Virus record (IMG/VR): IMGVR_UViG_3300016484_001188
Location: 1 to 43,475 of that record
From: a virus
Lineage: Duplodnaviria; Caudoviricetes
Direction: 5' to 3' (one strand)
DNA: 43,475 nucleotides
In this document: positions 9,048 through 17,619 of the stretch, piece after piece
Numbering within the stretch: the stretch's first letter is position 1
How the letters are laid out: every line of letters starts with the position of its first letter
Notes under the pieces: generated by a model
Told to the model about the DNA's origin: nothing
Database searches by the model: none
What the model saw: only the letters and a program-made list of their open reading frames with translations
Translations under genes and position numbers: made by a program

Positions 9048-9455
9048 ATGGCCGCCGCGATCGCCACCCTGATGGCCGCTCTGCGCGCGCGCCTGGCCAC
9101 CATCTCCGGCGTGCAGACCTGCCGCATCGGCCTGGAGTCGAACATGACGCCCGAGGACTACCCGATCATCCGCATCGTGCCCACGCGACTCATGCCGGCG
9201 CGCGTGCTGGGCCGACGGCGCGCCGAGGTGCTGGTCTACTTCGGTAACCCGATCCAGGCGTTCGAGGAAGGGCTGCTGCCCGAGGAATCGGGCCTCGAAG
9301 GTCTCTATGCCCAGCTGTTCGAGCGCGAGGAGGAGATCATTGCCGCCGCCGGCACCGCGCCAGAATTCGCTGCCGTGTACCTCGACACCGTCATGGACGA
9401 AGACCGCACGGCCGCATACAAGCTGATGGCGCTGCGTTTCGACATCGAGGGCTGA
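9048..9455 (+). CDS. Putative tail terminator/completion protein
   Basis: 135 aa acidic; N-terminal helix, YPIIRIVP strand, C-terminal LRFDI strand as in gpU-like terminators. Confidence 0.6.
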   Translation: MAAAIATLMAALRARLATISGVQTCRIGLESNMTPEDYPIIRIVPTRLMPARVLGRRRAEVLVYFGNPIQAFEEGLLPEESGLEGLYAQLFEREEEIIAAAGTAPEFAAVYLDTVMDEDRTAAYKLMALRFDIEG

Positions 9456-9459
9456 GCCC

Positions 9460-9792
9460 TCAGTAGCACAGGCCCGGCAGCGGATTGCCGTCGTCGTCGG
9501 TCGGCGGATCCCCGCGCTCGGGCGCCGGGGGATAGTGCTTGAGCAGCTCCGGCGGCAGAGCCCACTCGCTGCCGACGATGGCCGCCATGTCCTCCCAGCT
9601 GCGCAGCGGATCCGGGCCCAGCTTCCAGGACCACGGCAGCGGGTGAGCCGCCACCGTCTCCCAGCCGGCCATCTTGCGCACGAGCTCGGCATCCGGGCCC
9701 GACACCTCGCCGGTGTCGCTGTCCCAGGTGAACACCAGCGGCTCGGCCAGGAGGCTGCCGCTCAGCGGGTCGCAGTTGAAGTTCAGCTTCAT
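9460..9792 (-). CDS. Putative immunity protein for the MuF toxin domain
   Basis: 110 aa from MKLNFNCD; ATG overlaps the MuF stop; Trp/Pro/Asp-rich. Confidence 0.5.
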   Translation of the reverse strand: MKLNFNCDPLSGSLLAEPLVFTWDSDTGEVSGPDAELVRKMAGWETVAAHPLPWSWKLGPDPLRSWEDMAAIVGSEWALPPELLKHYPPAPERGDPPTDDDGNPLPGLCY

Positions 9793-11663
9793 GGCTTCCA
9801 GTGCAGCAACAGGCCGACAACAAGGTCGACCATCTCCCTGTCGATCGTCCACATGTTGACGAAACTCTGCTCGGCCCTGCCCCAGCTGGCGTCCCGGCCG
9901 CCAGCCTGACCGAGCACCGTCTCGAAGGCCATGGTCATAACCTCCAAGGCACCGCGGCTGCCGTATTCCTTGCCCTGGTAGGGCGTGTAGTAGCTGTCCT
10001 CACGCGTCACCTCGGATAGATCGTAGCGGTAGCCCGGGGACAGGTCGGCAAGCCGCTTGAGCTTGTCCCCAGCGGTGCGCCGCCGGTGCAGATCCTGGAA
10101 GACCTGGTCAAGCCCTGGCAGCGCCGCCTGCAGCCGGTGGGCGTACTCGTGGATCGCGTTGCCGAGATCGGCGGGCCGCACGCTGATGAAGCCGTCGCCG
10201 GGCCGGACGTCGTCAACGACCCCGAACGGTGAGCCAATGCGCACGCGCCGGTAAGCCTGATCGGCTGTGAATGCCCAGCCGCGGCCTTCGCGGTCAGCGC
10301 GCACATGCAAGCGGCCCAGGGCGTCGGCGGCCGCGTTCCACGAAGCCGGGTACAGCTTCGAGGCGCGCTGCACGGCGTCGGCACCGGCGCCGCGGCCGTT
10401 GACCTTGCACGGCACCCCGTTGATCCCCTCCAGCTTGGCCAGGATCGCCTCGAAGCACCCCCGGGGATCCTTGGCCCCATCGGGCAGCTCGCTGGTCACC
10501 TTGCGCCCGGCCACGATGAAGTCGTCGAGCGTGACCGGACTGGCGGGCCTCGCCTCGCGGCCCGGCTGCAGCAGCGGGTAATCGCCCGCCCGCTGACTGC
10601 CCAGCCTCACCAGGTGATAGGCCGGATCCTTGCCGTCGTTGATCACGGCATCGACCGGCCGGCCGGCGAACACTTGGTTCGCCCGCTCAGCCGACCCCAT
10701 CACGCGCGCAGCGCCGCCTGCACCAAGGCTGCGCAGGTATTCGGCAGCAGCACCAGGCAACTCCCTGGCCGTGGCGGCGTCAAGATCCGGCCGTGAGCGC
10801 AGCTTGCAGCGGCAGAACGGGTGATAGGTGGGCTGCGGCGCCTTCGCCTTCGGGTAGCGGCCGGGCCCGAGTCCCCAGAGGTCAGCCCGGGCGTGCAGGT
10901 CGCAGATGTCGGCGCGCGGGTGCATGGGGTTGATGCGCACCTCGACAACCTGGATGGTCGGGTCAGCCATGAACTCACGCGCCTGCTGAGCCGCATTCGC
11001 CCGGGCCAGCTCGGTGACAGCGATGCGGTTCGCGAAGAAGCGGTTCTTCTCCCGCACCGCAATGTCAAGGCGGCGATTGAGCGCCTCCCTGCCCTCTTTG
11101 GCCTCCCACCCCTTGAACGCCTCCAGGTAGGCCGCGCGCAGGGCTGGCGTGCGCAGCTTGGCGGCTTGGCGCTGGCCCTCCTCGAGCAGCCGCGTCAGCC
11201 GGCGCCGGGCCGGGACGTCTTGGGTGAGCGCACGCAGAGCGGCCGGCAGATCGCCCCGCGCGCTGCCCTCCAGGGGCCGGCGCACCCCGTCCTTCGGGTC
11301 GTAGCCGTCGTACAGGCGCAAGGCCAGCTGGCGCGCCTGCTGCAGCCCGGCCGCGTGCTGGCTGACCAATGCCGTCACCTCGGCCGTCACCTGGTTGGCC
11401 TGCAGGTAGAGCGCGCGCGACAGCGGCATCTCGCCGATCGGCAGGCCGAGCAGCTCCTCGCGGCCCACCACGCGCTGCAGCAAGTCGGTGAAGGCTCCGC
11501 GCACCTCCTCGACGAATCGCCCCTGGAACGCGGTCATCACCTGCTCAATCGCCTCGCGCGGGCTTTGTCCGGCCTCGATGAGGGCCAGCAACCGCTCGAA
11601 ACCGCGCTGCGCCTCTTCGTCGATCGCCTGGGCCACGCTGTCAATCAGGCGATCGGTTTCCAT
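9789..11663 (-). CDS. MuF (SPP1 gp7-like) minor head protein with C-terminal zincin metallopeptidase domain
   Basis: RIAVTELARA, DICD, P.YHPFCRC MuF motifs; C-terminal IHEYAHRLQ (HEXXH) and downstream EVMTMAFE. Confidence 0.85.
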   Translation of the reverse strand: METDRLIDSVAQAIDEEAQRGFERLLALIEAGQSPREAIEQVMTAFQGRFVEEVRGAFTDLLQRVVGREELLGLPIGEMPLSRALYLQANQVTAEVTALVSQHAAGLQQARQLALRLYDGYDPKDGVRRPLEGSARGDLPAALRALTQDVPARRRLTRLLEEGQRQAAKLRTPALRAAYLEAFKGWEAKEGREALNRRLDIAVREKNRFFANRIAVTELARANAAQQAREFMADPTIQVVEVRINPMHPRADICDLHARADLWGLGPGRYPKAKAPQPTYHPFCRCKLRSRPDLDAATARELPGAAAEYLRSLGAGGAARVMGSAERANQVFAGRPVDAVINDGKDPAYHLVRLGSQRAGDYPLLQPGREARPASPVTLDDFIVAGRKVTSELPDGAKDPRGCFEAILAKLEGINGVPCKVNGRGAGADAVQRASKLYPASWNAAADALGRLHVRADREGRGWAFTADQAYRRVRIGSPFGVVDDVRPGDGFISVRPADLGNAIHEYAHRLQAALPGLDQVFQDLHRRRTAGDKLKRLADLSPGYRYDLSEVTREDSYYTPYQGKEYGSRGALEVMTMAFETVLGQAGGRDASWGRAEQSFVNMWTIDREMVDLVVGLLLHWKP

Positions 11664-11982
11664 CCGCCTGGGCCTTTCCGCGCTCGTCGAGCGCTTCCTT
11701 GATGAGCTCGTAGGCCTTGCGGCGCGACACCCGCGAGTGCTCCATCAGCGCATCGCGGGTTTCCGCAACCGTGCGACCGGTGGCCAGGAAGGCGAGCGCC
11801 TGGGCCACCTCGTGCGGCCGGCTGATCACGGCGCGCGAGAAGAACACCCGGCGGCCCGCCAGCGTGCGCAGAACGCGCCGCACCTCGGCCTTCGTGCGAG
11901 CACAACCGGGGATCAGGTCGATCTCGCGCAGCAGCCATTCCAGGTCGCTGATCTCGTCGGGGGTTGGGCCGCGGCGCTTCAT
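11641..11982 (-). CDS. Mor/C-like transcriptional activator (HTH)
   Basis: 113 aa; LAGRRVFFS resembles the Mor/C GG..(V/I)YIP strand; C-terminal VSRRKAYELIKE HTH. Confidence 0.55.
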   Translation of the reverse strand: MKRRGPTPDEISDLEWLLREIDLIPGCARTKAEVRRVLRTLAGRRVFFSRAVISRPHEVAQALAFLATGRTVAETRDALMEHSRVSRRKAYELIKEALDERGKAQADGNRSPD

Positions 11983-13400
11983 AGGCCAGCGGGGCTCGTG
12001 CCCTCGAGCTTGAAGCCTGGGACCATCAGCGCCTCGGCGGCGCGCGACAGTCCGTCGACCTGGTCGTCGAAGGCGCCGTTCGGGAACGCGCGCAGCTCGT
12101 CGGTGAATTCCTTGTTCCAGGGCCCGATCACCATCAGCACGTTGCCGACGTTGATCTGGCTGGCGATCGGCTCGGCCCGGGTTTCCTTGTCGCCACTCTC
12201 AGGCGACGTGTGCACCGGGTAGCCGGCAAGCATGCGCGTCAGGTGCAGGATCTGCGTCTTGCCCGCTTGGCCGGGGTCTTGCGGCAGGCTGATGCGCACC
12301 TGCTTGCCATCGGCGGCGGCTGTGTTGCGCAGCACGGCGTCTCGCTCGTCCGGCGCCTCACGCACGCGCCGAACGTCGGCGATGATGAACCGGCCGTCGG
12401 CCAGTGCGCCCAGCTTGGGCCCGGCGGTCCAGTCACCGGTGGTGGTGGCACCCAGGTCCCAGCCGCGGCACCAGCGGATGGCCACGCCGGCAGGGATGGC
12501 CTTGACCGGCACCAAGCGGTCGGGCTTGAAGAAGCCACCCTCGGCCGGCGATGGCCGCTGCTGGTACTGGCCGCTGAAGTGGTACGGCGCGGCCGTCTGC
12601 ATGCTGCGCAGCTGCTCGGCGGTGTGCTTCTCGGGCCACAGGGCCGTGCCGTCCGGCCGCAGCGCGGGCAAGCACAGGTGTTCCCACGTCTCGCCATTGC
12701 CGCCTTCGAGCAGCCAGCCGGCCAGGTCCTGCTGATGCAGGCGCTGCATCACGACGATCTGCGGCGTGGCCCGGCCGGCAGCGTTGCCGCGGCTCTCGAC
12801 CGTGTTCTGGTACCAGTCGATCACGCCCTCTCGGATGGGCTTCGACTTCGCCTCGTCGGCCTTGTGCGGGTCGTCCAGGATGATCGCGCCGCCGAAGCCG
12901 GGCCGATCCTTGCCGGCGCCGAAGCCAGTCATCGAGCCCCCGGTGCCGGTGGTGAACATCTGCCCGCCATCGGTAGTGCGCCAGTGCGACTTCGCGTCGT
13001 TGGCCAGCTCGACCTCGGGGAAGACCTCGGCGTAGGCCTCGTGCTGGATGACCTGCAGCACCTTGCCGCTGTTGGCACTGGCCAGGGTGCCGGCGTAGCT
13101 GGCGTGGATGAACTCGCTGTCGGGTGCCTTGCCGATGCACCAGGCGATGAACATGACCACCACCAGCTCAGTCTTCGAGTACCGCGGCGGCAGGTTCACG
13201 ATCAGGCGCGTGCACTCGCCGCGGAACACCCGCATGAGGGCGGCGCAGATCATCGGGTGGTGCGGAGCGCGCCGCCAGTGGCTGCCGCGCATGCGCAGGA
13301 ACATCCAGCGCACGAAGAAGTAGAAGTCGTCCTGGGCCAGCTTCGCGGCCTCAGCTGTGAGCGTTCGTGCAACCTCGACGGTGACAGCGTCGGTGGTCAT
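11979..13400 (-). CDS. terL: Terminase large subunit
   Basis: VNLPPRYSKT Walker A, IILDDPHK Walker B, VMQRLH, WDLG and FPNGAFDDQVD nuclease motifs. Confidence 0.95.
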   Translation of the reverse strand: MTTDAVTVEVARTLTAEAAKLAQDDFYFFVRWMFLRMRGSHWRRAPHHPMICAALMRVFRGECTRLIVNLPPRYSKTELVVVMFIAWCIGKAPDSEFIHASYAGTLASANSGKVLQVIQHEAYAEVFPEVELANDAKSHWRTTDGGQMFTTGTGGSMTGFGAGKDRPGFGGAIILDDPHKADEAKSKPIREGVIDWYQNTVESRGNAAGRATPQIVVMQRLHQQDLAGWLLEGGNGETWEHLCLPALRPDGTALWPEKHTAEQLRSMQTAAPYHFSGQYQQRPSPAEGGFFKPDRLVPVKAIPAGVAIRWCRGWDLGATTTGDWTAGPKLGALADGRFIIADVRRVREAPDERDAVLRNTAAADGKQVRISLPQDPGQAGKTQILHLTRMLAGYPVHTSPESGDKETRAEPIASQINVGNVLMVIGPWNKEFTDELRAFPNGAFDDQVDGLSRAAEALMVPGFKLEGTSPAGL

Positions 13401-13864
13401 ACCTTGTCGATCAGCCCCTTCACGATGGCCAGCACGCGCGGGTCGGCCTGCTGCTGCACGGGGATGGGCTCACCCTCCTCCGGCCCGCCGACGGCCGCGT
13501 CGATGCGGTCGCGCCAGTCCTTGCGGTTGCGGTTCTTCAGCCAGAAGATGCAGGCGGTGGTGTCGGGGGGGTAGCGCCGGCGGATCGGGGTCTGCACGAC
13601 CTTGCCATCGACCACGCGGATGTCGGTTTCGTCGCACTCGTAGCCGACGGCGCGCCGGTACAGCGACATCTCGACTCGCTTGTCGGCGGTGGCCTTGCTG
13701 GGCCTTAGGGCATCCGAAAACGCCTTGTGCTGCACCTTCCACAGCGCGACGGTGGACACGGTCACCTTGAAGAAGTCGGCCAGCTCGGCGTCGGTGGCGC
13801 CCAGGCGGCAAAGGTGGCGGGCCTGCTCCACGAACTCGGGCTTGAACTTGCTGGGGCGGGCCAT
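13397..13864 (-). CDS. terS: Terminase small subunit
   Basis: MARPSKFKPEF..., N-terminal HTH (GATDAELADFFKV), SLYRRAVGYE, PPDTTACIFWLKNR. Confidence 0.92.
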   Translation of the reverse strand: MARPSKFKPEFVEQARHLCRLGATDAELADFFKVTVSTVALWKVQHKAFSDALRPSKATADKRVEMSLYRRAVGYECDETDIRVVDGKVVQTPIRRRYPPDTTACIFWLKNRNRKDWRDRIDAAVGGPEEGEPIPVQQQADPRVLAIVKGLIDKV

Positions 13865-14025
13865 CAGGCGCGCACCTCCGACACCCGATAGACCACCCCG
13901 AACAGCTCGACGCGCTGGCCCACCCGGGCCTGCACCGGCGTGGGCATCTCGGCCTGGCGTTGCGGGTCGTAGGCCAGGCGCACGGGGCTCCAGTTCCCGC
14001 GGCCGACGCGGCGAAGGATCAGCAT
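13864..14025 (-). CDS. Small hypothetical protein (53 aa)
   Basis: MLILRRVGRGNWSP...; stop/start overlaps on both sides. Confidence 0.65.
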   Translation of the reverse strand: MLILRRVGRGNWSPVRLAYDPQRQAEMPTPVQARVGQRVELFGVVYRVSEVRA

Positions 14026-14267
14026 CACGCGTCGCTCCCGGCATGCAGCACGTCGGCCTTGGCTGCCTCCAGCACCTGGCCATGGGTGACGTCCACCAGC
14101 TGCAGCTCGTCGCGGTAGCGGCGGTCTTGCTTGCCCTCGGCGCGGGCGCGGGCGAAGTTGGGGCCGCGGCTGACGGCGCGCGCGGCGCAGCCCTTGCAGC
14201 CCATCGTGAAGCCGTGCCAGGTCGTGAGCGTGGCCTGGGTGCAGTCGGCGCAGGGTTCGGTGCTCAT
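14025..14267 (-). CDS. Small Zn-finger-like hypothetical protein
   Basis: 80 aa with CADC and CKGC; translationally coupled. Confidence 0.7.
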   Translation of the reverse strand: MSTEPCADCTQATLTTWHGFTMGCKGCAARAVSRGPNFARARAEGKQDRRYRDELQLVDVTHGQVLEAAKADVLHAGSDA

Positions 14268-14806
14268 GCGACGAGCTCCAGTTGCGGCCGCCGCGTCGTG
14301 CCGGGCCTGGGCAGCACCACGACCGGCTCATCCAGCCCGAAGTGCGCGATAAGGATCGCCTCGGCCCGGTTGTGGTGCTTGGCAAGACGCAGGTCGGCCA
14401 GCGGGTACAGGGCGCGCGCGACGGCGAGCGACTCGCCCTTGTCCTTGCCGATGAGGCCGTAGTGGCGCTTCCAGGTCTGCGGCTGGATCACACGGCGCTC
14501 GATGCGCAGGATGTCGACGACGGCCTCGATGGCGCCGCGGCTGCGCATGAGCGAGCCCTGGCTGTGCATCGAGTTGCCGTGCTTGCCGCCGTTGCCAGAT
14601 GGGCGTGGCCGCACGTCCTCGAACAGCAGCAGCCCGGCCTCGCCTGCTGGCACGAACTGGCGCAGCAGGTGCAGCAGGGCTCGCCCGTCGATCCGGTTGC
14701 CCTTGCCGTCGGGCAGCGTGGGCATGTCAGTCACCGAGCACGAGCCCAGGCTGTCGACCGCCGCAATGGCGCCGGTCAGGCCGATGTCGATTCCGATGGC
14801 GATCAT
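14264..14806 (-). CDS. RuvC-like Holliday junction resolvase
   Basis: IGIDIGLTGAIA, LLFED, PQTWKRHYGL, NRAEAILIA RNase H-fold motifs; start placed at MIAIG. Confidence 0.85.
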   Translation of the reverse strand: MIAIGIDIGLTGAIAAVDSLGSCSVTDMPTLPDGKGNRIDGRALLHLLRQFVPAGEAGLLLFEDVRPRPSGNGGKHGNSMHSQGSLMRSRGAIEAVVDILRIERRVIQPQTWKRHYGLIGKDKGESLAVARALYPLADLRLAKHHNRAEAILIAHFGLDEPVVVLPRPGTTRRPQLELVA

Positions 14807-14979
14807 GCTGCCGCGCTCCTGCGGTTGGGCGGGGCACGAACCGGCTCTGGCGCCCTTGAGCACAGACGCAACGGCGAGAGGTCGCCCGTCGCGCGCAGCG
14901 CGGTGATGATTGCCAAGGTGCTGACCTTGGCGCCGGCCTGCGCTGCGTCCAGCAGGCGGTGGGCTTCTTTGCGGGTCAT
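14803..14979 (-). CDS. Small hypothetical protein (58 aa), not in the ORF track
   Basis: MTRKEAHRLLDAAQAG...ALRATGDL; ATGA overlaps at both ends. Confidence 0.65.
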   Translation of the reverse strand: MTRKEAHRLLDAAQAGAKVSTLAIITALRATGDLSPLRLCSRAPEPVRAPPNRRSAAA

Positions 14980-15176
14980 GTTTCAGGCTCCTGGGTGATG
15001 GGCTCGCCCTCCAGCGCCTTGCGCTCAGCGAGACGCAACTCGCACTCCTGGCGGATCAATGCGAGGCGGGCGCGAACGTCTGCCGGCATGCGGCAACCGA
15101 GCAGCGGCTTCGACCCCGGGGCTGGCTTGGCCATCTTCTCGGCGGTACGGCGGCGGATGTCGACGACCTTGCTCAT
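14976..15176 (-). CDS. Small hypothetical protein (66 aa)
   Basis: MSKVVDIRRR...; ATGA overlap with the replication gene stop. Confidence 0.6.
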   Translation of the reverse strand: MSKVVDIRRRTAEKMAKPAPGSKPLLGCRMPADVRARLALIRQECELRLAERKALEGEPITQEPET

Positions 15177-16132
15177 GCGGTACCTCGGATGGCCTTGAGT
15201 GCGGCCACGCCGGCCTGAACGGCCTGAGGTGTGGAACGAACGTCGCGCTGCGCCTGCAGCAGCTTCTGCGTCTGCACCGGGTCGGGCGCACCATTGGTGG
15301 CCTCGCGGGGCGCCGAGGCTTGCGGCATGGCGCCGCGGTGCAGTTGGCCGGCATCTTGGGCCGCGCGCTTGCGCTCGCCCTCGACGGCGCCGAGGATCCA
15401 CAGGAACCCGGCGGCCTTGGTCTGGGCGGCAGGGACGAACCCGATGAACTCGGCTTCGACGGCACCGGCTGCGAGGAGCGCTGCCAGGCGTGGATGCCCC
15501 GGGTTCACGTCGGCGATGCCGGCCTGCTTGAGAGCGCGGCAGATGGCACCGGCCGGGGTGGGCGCGTGGCCGCTTGTGTCCGGGATTTCCGACCCCGCCA
15601 CCTCAGGGGGTGGTAGTACCTCTACGTTTCCAGAAGAAGATGAAGATGGAGATGAAGAAGAAGAGCCGTCACCAAAGGGGGGCTTTGGTGAGGCCTTCGG
15701 TGTCGGCTTTGGTGTGCGCTTCGGTGGCTCGCCGCCTTCACCGAAGCGCGTGGATTCGCCCCGCACGGTGCGGATGTACTCGTCCCGCACCATGCGGCTG
15801 GAGAACCAAATCGGGCCGGGCTGGGATGGCAGGAGGATCACCGGCTCGCCGTCACGCCGCCCGCTGCGTGGCACGTAGACGAAGGGCTCAACCAGGTCGG
15901 TGTCGCTGCCCTTGAACACGTCCTTGGACACGATGCCGCGCAGCAGCGCGGGTGTGCAGCCGACGGCCTGGGCGATCTCTTTCAGGGCCCAGCGCAGGAC
16001 CCCGTATTCCGGCTGGTCGTGCAGCAGGCACATCACGTCGACCCACGCGCCCTTCTCGGCGTGCGAGCACCGGCGCAGGTTGCTGTTGGCCTGCCAGTCG
16101 CCGGGATAGAACTGGAAGGAGGGCCGCTTCAC
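15173..16132 (-). CDS. Replication initiator (lambda O/YdaU-like)
   Basis: KRPSFQFYPGDW N-terminus, SSRMVRDE, internal repeat linker and poly-Ser; downstream of cII-like gene; GTG start (16147 is an alternative). Confidence 0.8.
   Translation of the reverse strand: MKRPSFQFYPGDWQANSNLRRCSHAEKGAWVDVMCLLHDQPEYGVLRWALKEIAQAVGCTPALLRGIVSKDVFKGSDTDLVEPFVYVPRSGRRDGEPVILLPSQPGPIWFSSRMVRDEYIRTVRGESTRFGEGGEPPKRTPKPTPKASPKPPFGDGSSSSSPSSSSSGNVEVLPPPEVAGSEIPDTSGHAPTPAGAICRALKQAGIADVNPGHPRLAALLAAGAVEAEFIGFVPAAQTKAAGFLWILGAVEGERKRAAQDAGQLHRGAMPQASAPREATNGAPDPVQTQKLLQAQRDVRSTPQAVQAGVAALKAIRGTA
15631..15748. other. Putative replication origin (iterons within the initiator gene)
   Basis: Four CTTYGGTG-containing repeats with 12-bp period (units starting 15681, 15693, 15705, 15717), inverted copies at 15670 and 15739, and an adjacent purine tract 15631-15665. 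Confidence 0.7.
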
Positions 16133-16160
16133 AGCGTCGCCCCCCATCCGTGCTGAAGGC

Positions 16161-16394
16161 TTACCCTTCGTCGGGCTCGAACGACTTCTTGGCTTCTTCG
16201 GTCAGAGCCTTCGTGACCTGCCGAACCAGCGACCGCGGGATGACGATCACCGGATCGTCGTCGCCAAAACGCGCCTGCTGTCGCAGGACGATGTCTCCGT
16301 GCGGGTTCGTGTAGACCGCGATGGCGTCCACTGACGGAACGACCGTTGACTCTTTCGAACTTTCGTCGTGCCAGTTCCAGTCGCTGCTTGGCAT
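16161..16394 (-). CDS. Hypothetical protein (77 aa)
   Basis: AGGAGG 5 nt before ATG; AIAVYTNPHGDIVLRQ looks like a folded beta domain. Confidence 0.7.
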   Translation of the reverse strand: MPSSDWNWHDESSKESTVVPSVDAIAVYTNPHGDIVLRQQARFGDDDPVIVIPRSLVRQVTKALTEEAKKSFEPDEG

Positions 16395-16493
16395 CCATGC
16401 CTCCTGAGATGTGGATTGGGCCTGGAATCATGCACCAGCGCCGGTCGACCTCGGCCGGCACCAGCGGCGCGGCTGCTGATGGTTCGGGATGGC

Positions 16494-17171
16494 TCAAAGC
16501 GGCGGCCCCTCCCTCTCGATCCCCATCACCCGATCGAGGTAGTCGAACAGCGACTGGCTGTCCTCGCGTGGCATCTCCAGGCGCTGGCCGGCGTGCTCGA
16601 TCACGAGCGTCCCGTCGTTCCAGAGGGCGCAGCGCAGCGGCCGCGATGGGCACGCCTGGCTGATGATCGGTGCGCGGTCTTGGCGCAGGCGATCCAGGTC
16701 GGCGATGGTGATGCCGCGGTCGCGCGAGCGCTGTGCCGGCTCGGCCAGTGGTGGCGCGTCCGCGTTGAAGACGGGGATCTCCGGCGCGGGCTCTGGCTCT
16801 GGCTCGGGCGCTGCCTCGATGACAGGTTCCGGGTCAGGTTGCGCCTCGGGAGCAGCTGCCGGTGCCTGCAGCAACCCGTCGTCAGCCGCTGGCGGCGCAG
16901 CCTCAACGCGCGTCACTGGGGCCTGACCCCAAGGCGCGCTGTGCAGCGTTCGCTCGCCCGGTGCGAGGCCGTACGAGGTGCGGCCGTCTTCCACCAGCAT
17001 GACCAGCAGGCCATGTCCGATCGCGGCCTTCAGGTAGGCAAACAGGCTGGATCGCGGTATGCCAAAGCGGTCGGCCATGAGCGTGTCGCTATGGACGCTG
17101 CCGGCGGGCTGCCGACGCAGCCAGTCGATGACCCGGTCTGGCACGCTTCCGCGCTGTGGGGTGTAGCTCAT
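16494..17171 (-). CDS. Hypothetical protein with N-terminal winged HTH
   Basis: MSYTPQRGS..DRVIDWL, MADRFGIPRSSLFAYL; Pro/Glu linker; C-terminal CALWNDGTLVIE domain. Confidence 0.7.
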   Translation of the reverse strand: MSYTPQRGSVPDRVIDWLRRQPAGSVHSDTLMADRFGIPRSSLFAYLKAAIGHGLLVMLVEDGRTSYGLAPGERTLHSAPWGQAPVTRVEAAPPAADDGLLQAPAAAPEAQPDPEPVIEAAPEPEPEPAPEIPVFNADAPPLAEPAQRSRDRGITIADLDRLRQDRAPIISQACPSRPLRCALWNDGTLVIEHAGQRLEMPREDSQSLFDYLDRVMGIEREGPPL

Positions 17172-17184
17172 CGGAAATCTCCGG

Positions 17185-17547
17185 TCAGGCCTTGAGCGAC
17201 GCGATCGCGCGCTCCAGTTCGGTGGCGAGGGCTTCAACCCGGGCGACGGCGCGCGCCTTGCGCGCCTCATCACCGCCGGCCATGAACTTGGCGGCGAGGT
17301 ACTCGATCACCGCCGGCGCGTCGCTGGTGCTGGCGAGGTAGCCTTCCAGGTCGTCGACCGTGAAGCGGCTGGTGTCGGCCTCACCGGGGTTCAGCTTGCG
17401 GCTGAGCGCGCTGGGGCTCAGGTCCATGTCGGCCGCGATGACCTTGGCCGGCTTGGCTTGCATGGTCGAGCGGTGCGCGATGAAGGCGCGCAGCGTGCTG
17501 AATCGCTCTGGCAGCGCGGGCTCGAAACTGAGGGTCAGTTGATTCAT
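17185..17547 (-). CDS. CII-like transcriptional regulator
   Basis: KVIAADMDLSPSALSRKLNP HTH; downstream of cro. Confidence 0.75.
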   Translation of the reverse strand: MNQLTLSFEPALPERFSTLRAFIAHRSTMQAKPAKVIAADMDLSPSALSRKLNPGEADTSRFTVDDLEGYLASTSDAPAVIEYLAAKFMAGGDEARKARAVARVEALATELERAIASLKA

Positions 17548-17567
17548 GGCAACTGGTGTCAAGCCGC

Positions 17568-17587
17568 GTTGAGATCAGTTGAGATCA
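17568..17587 (+). promoter_or_regulatory. Putative CII-binding direct repeat (PRE-like)
   Basis: GTTGAGATCA twice in tandem (TTGA-N6-TTGA) just upstream of the cII start, oriented toward cI. Confidence 0.5.
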
Positions 17588-17619
17588 CGGCGACGGGCAA
17601 AAAAACGAGACTGGCCGCC

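Noticed and set aside
3691-9455. Invertible (phase-variable) segment
   Set aside because: No matching inverted repeats at the two boundaries and no invertase gene; inversion would not yield canonical gene order
13397-14083. Extended N-termini in the ORF track (terS, integrase, RecT, Rz, gp10-like, endolysin)
   Set aside because: Upstream extensions overlap neighbouring genes; internal starts have an RBS or stop/start coupling and match family N-termini
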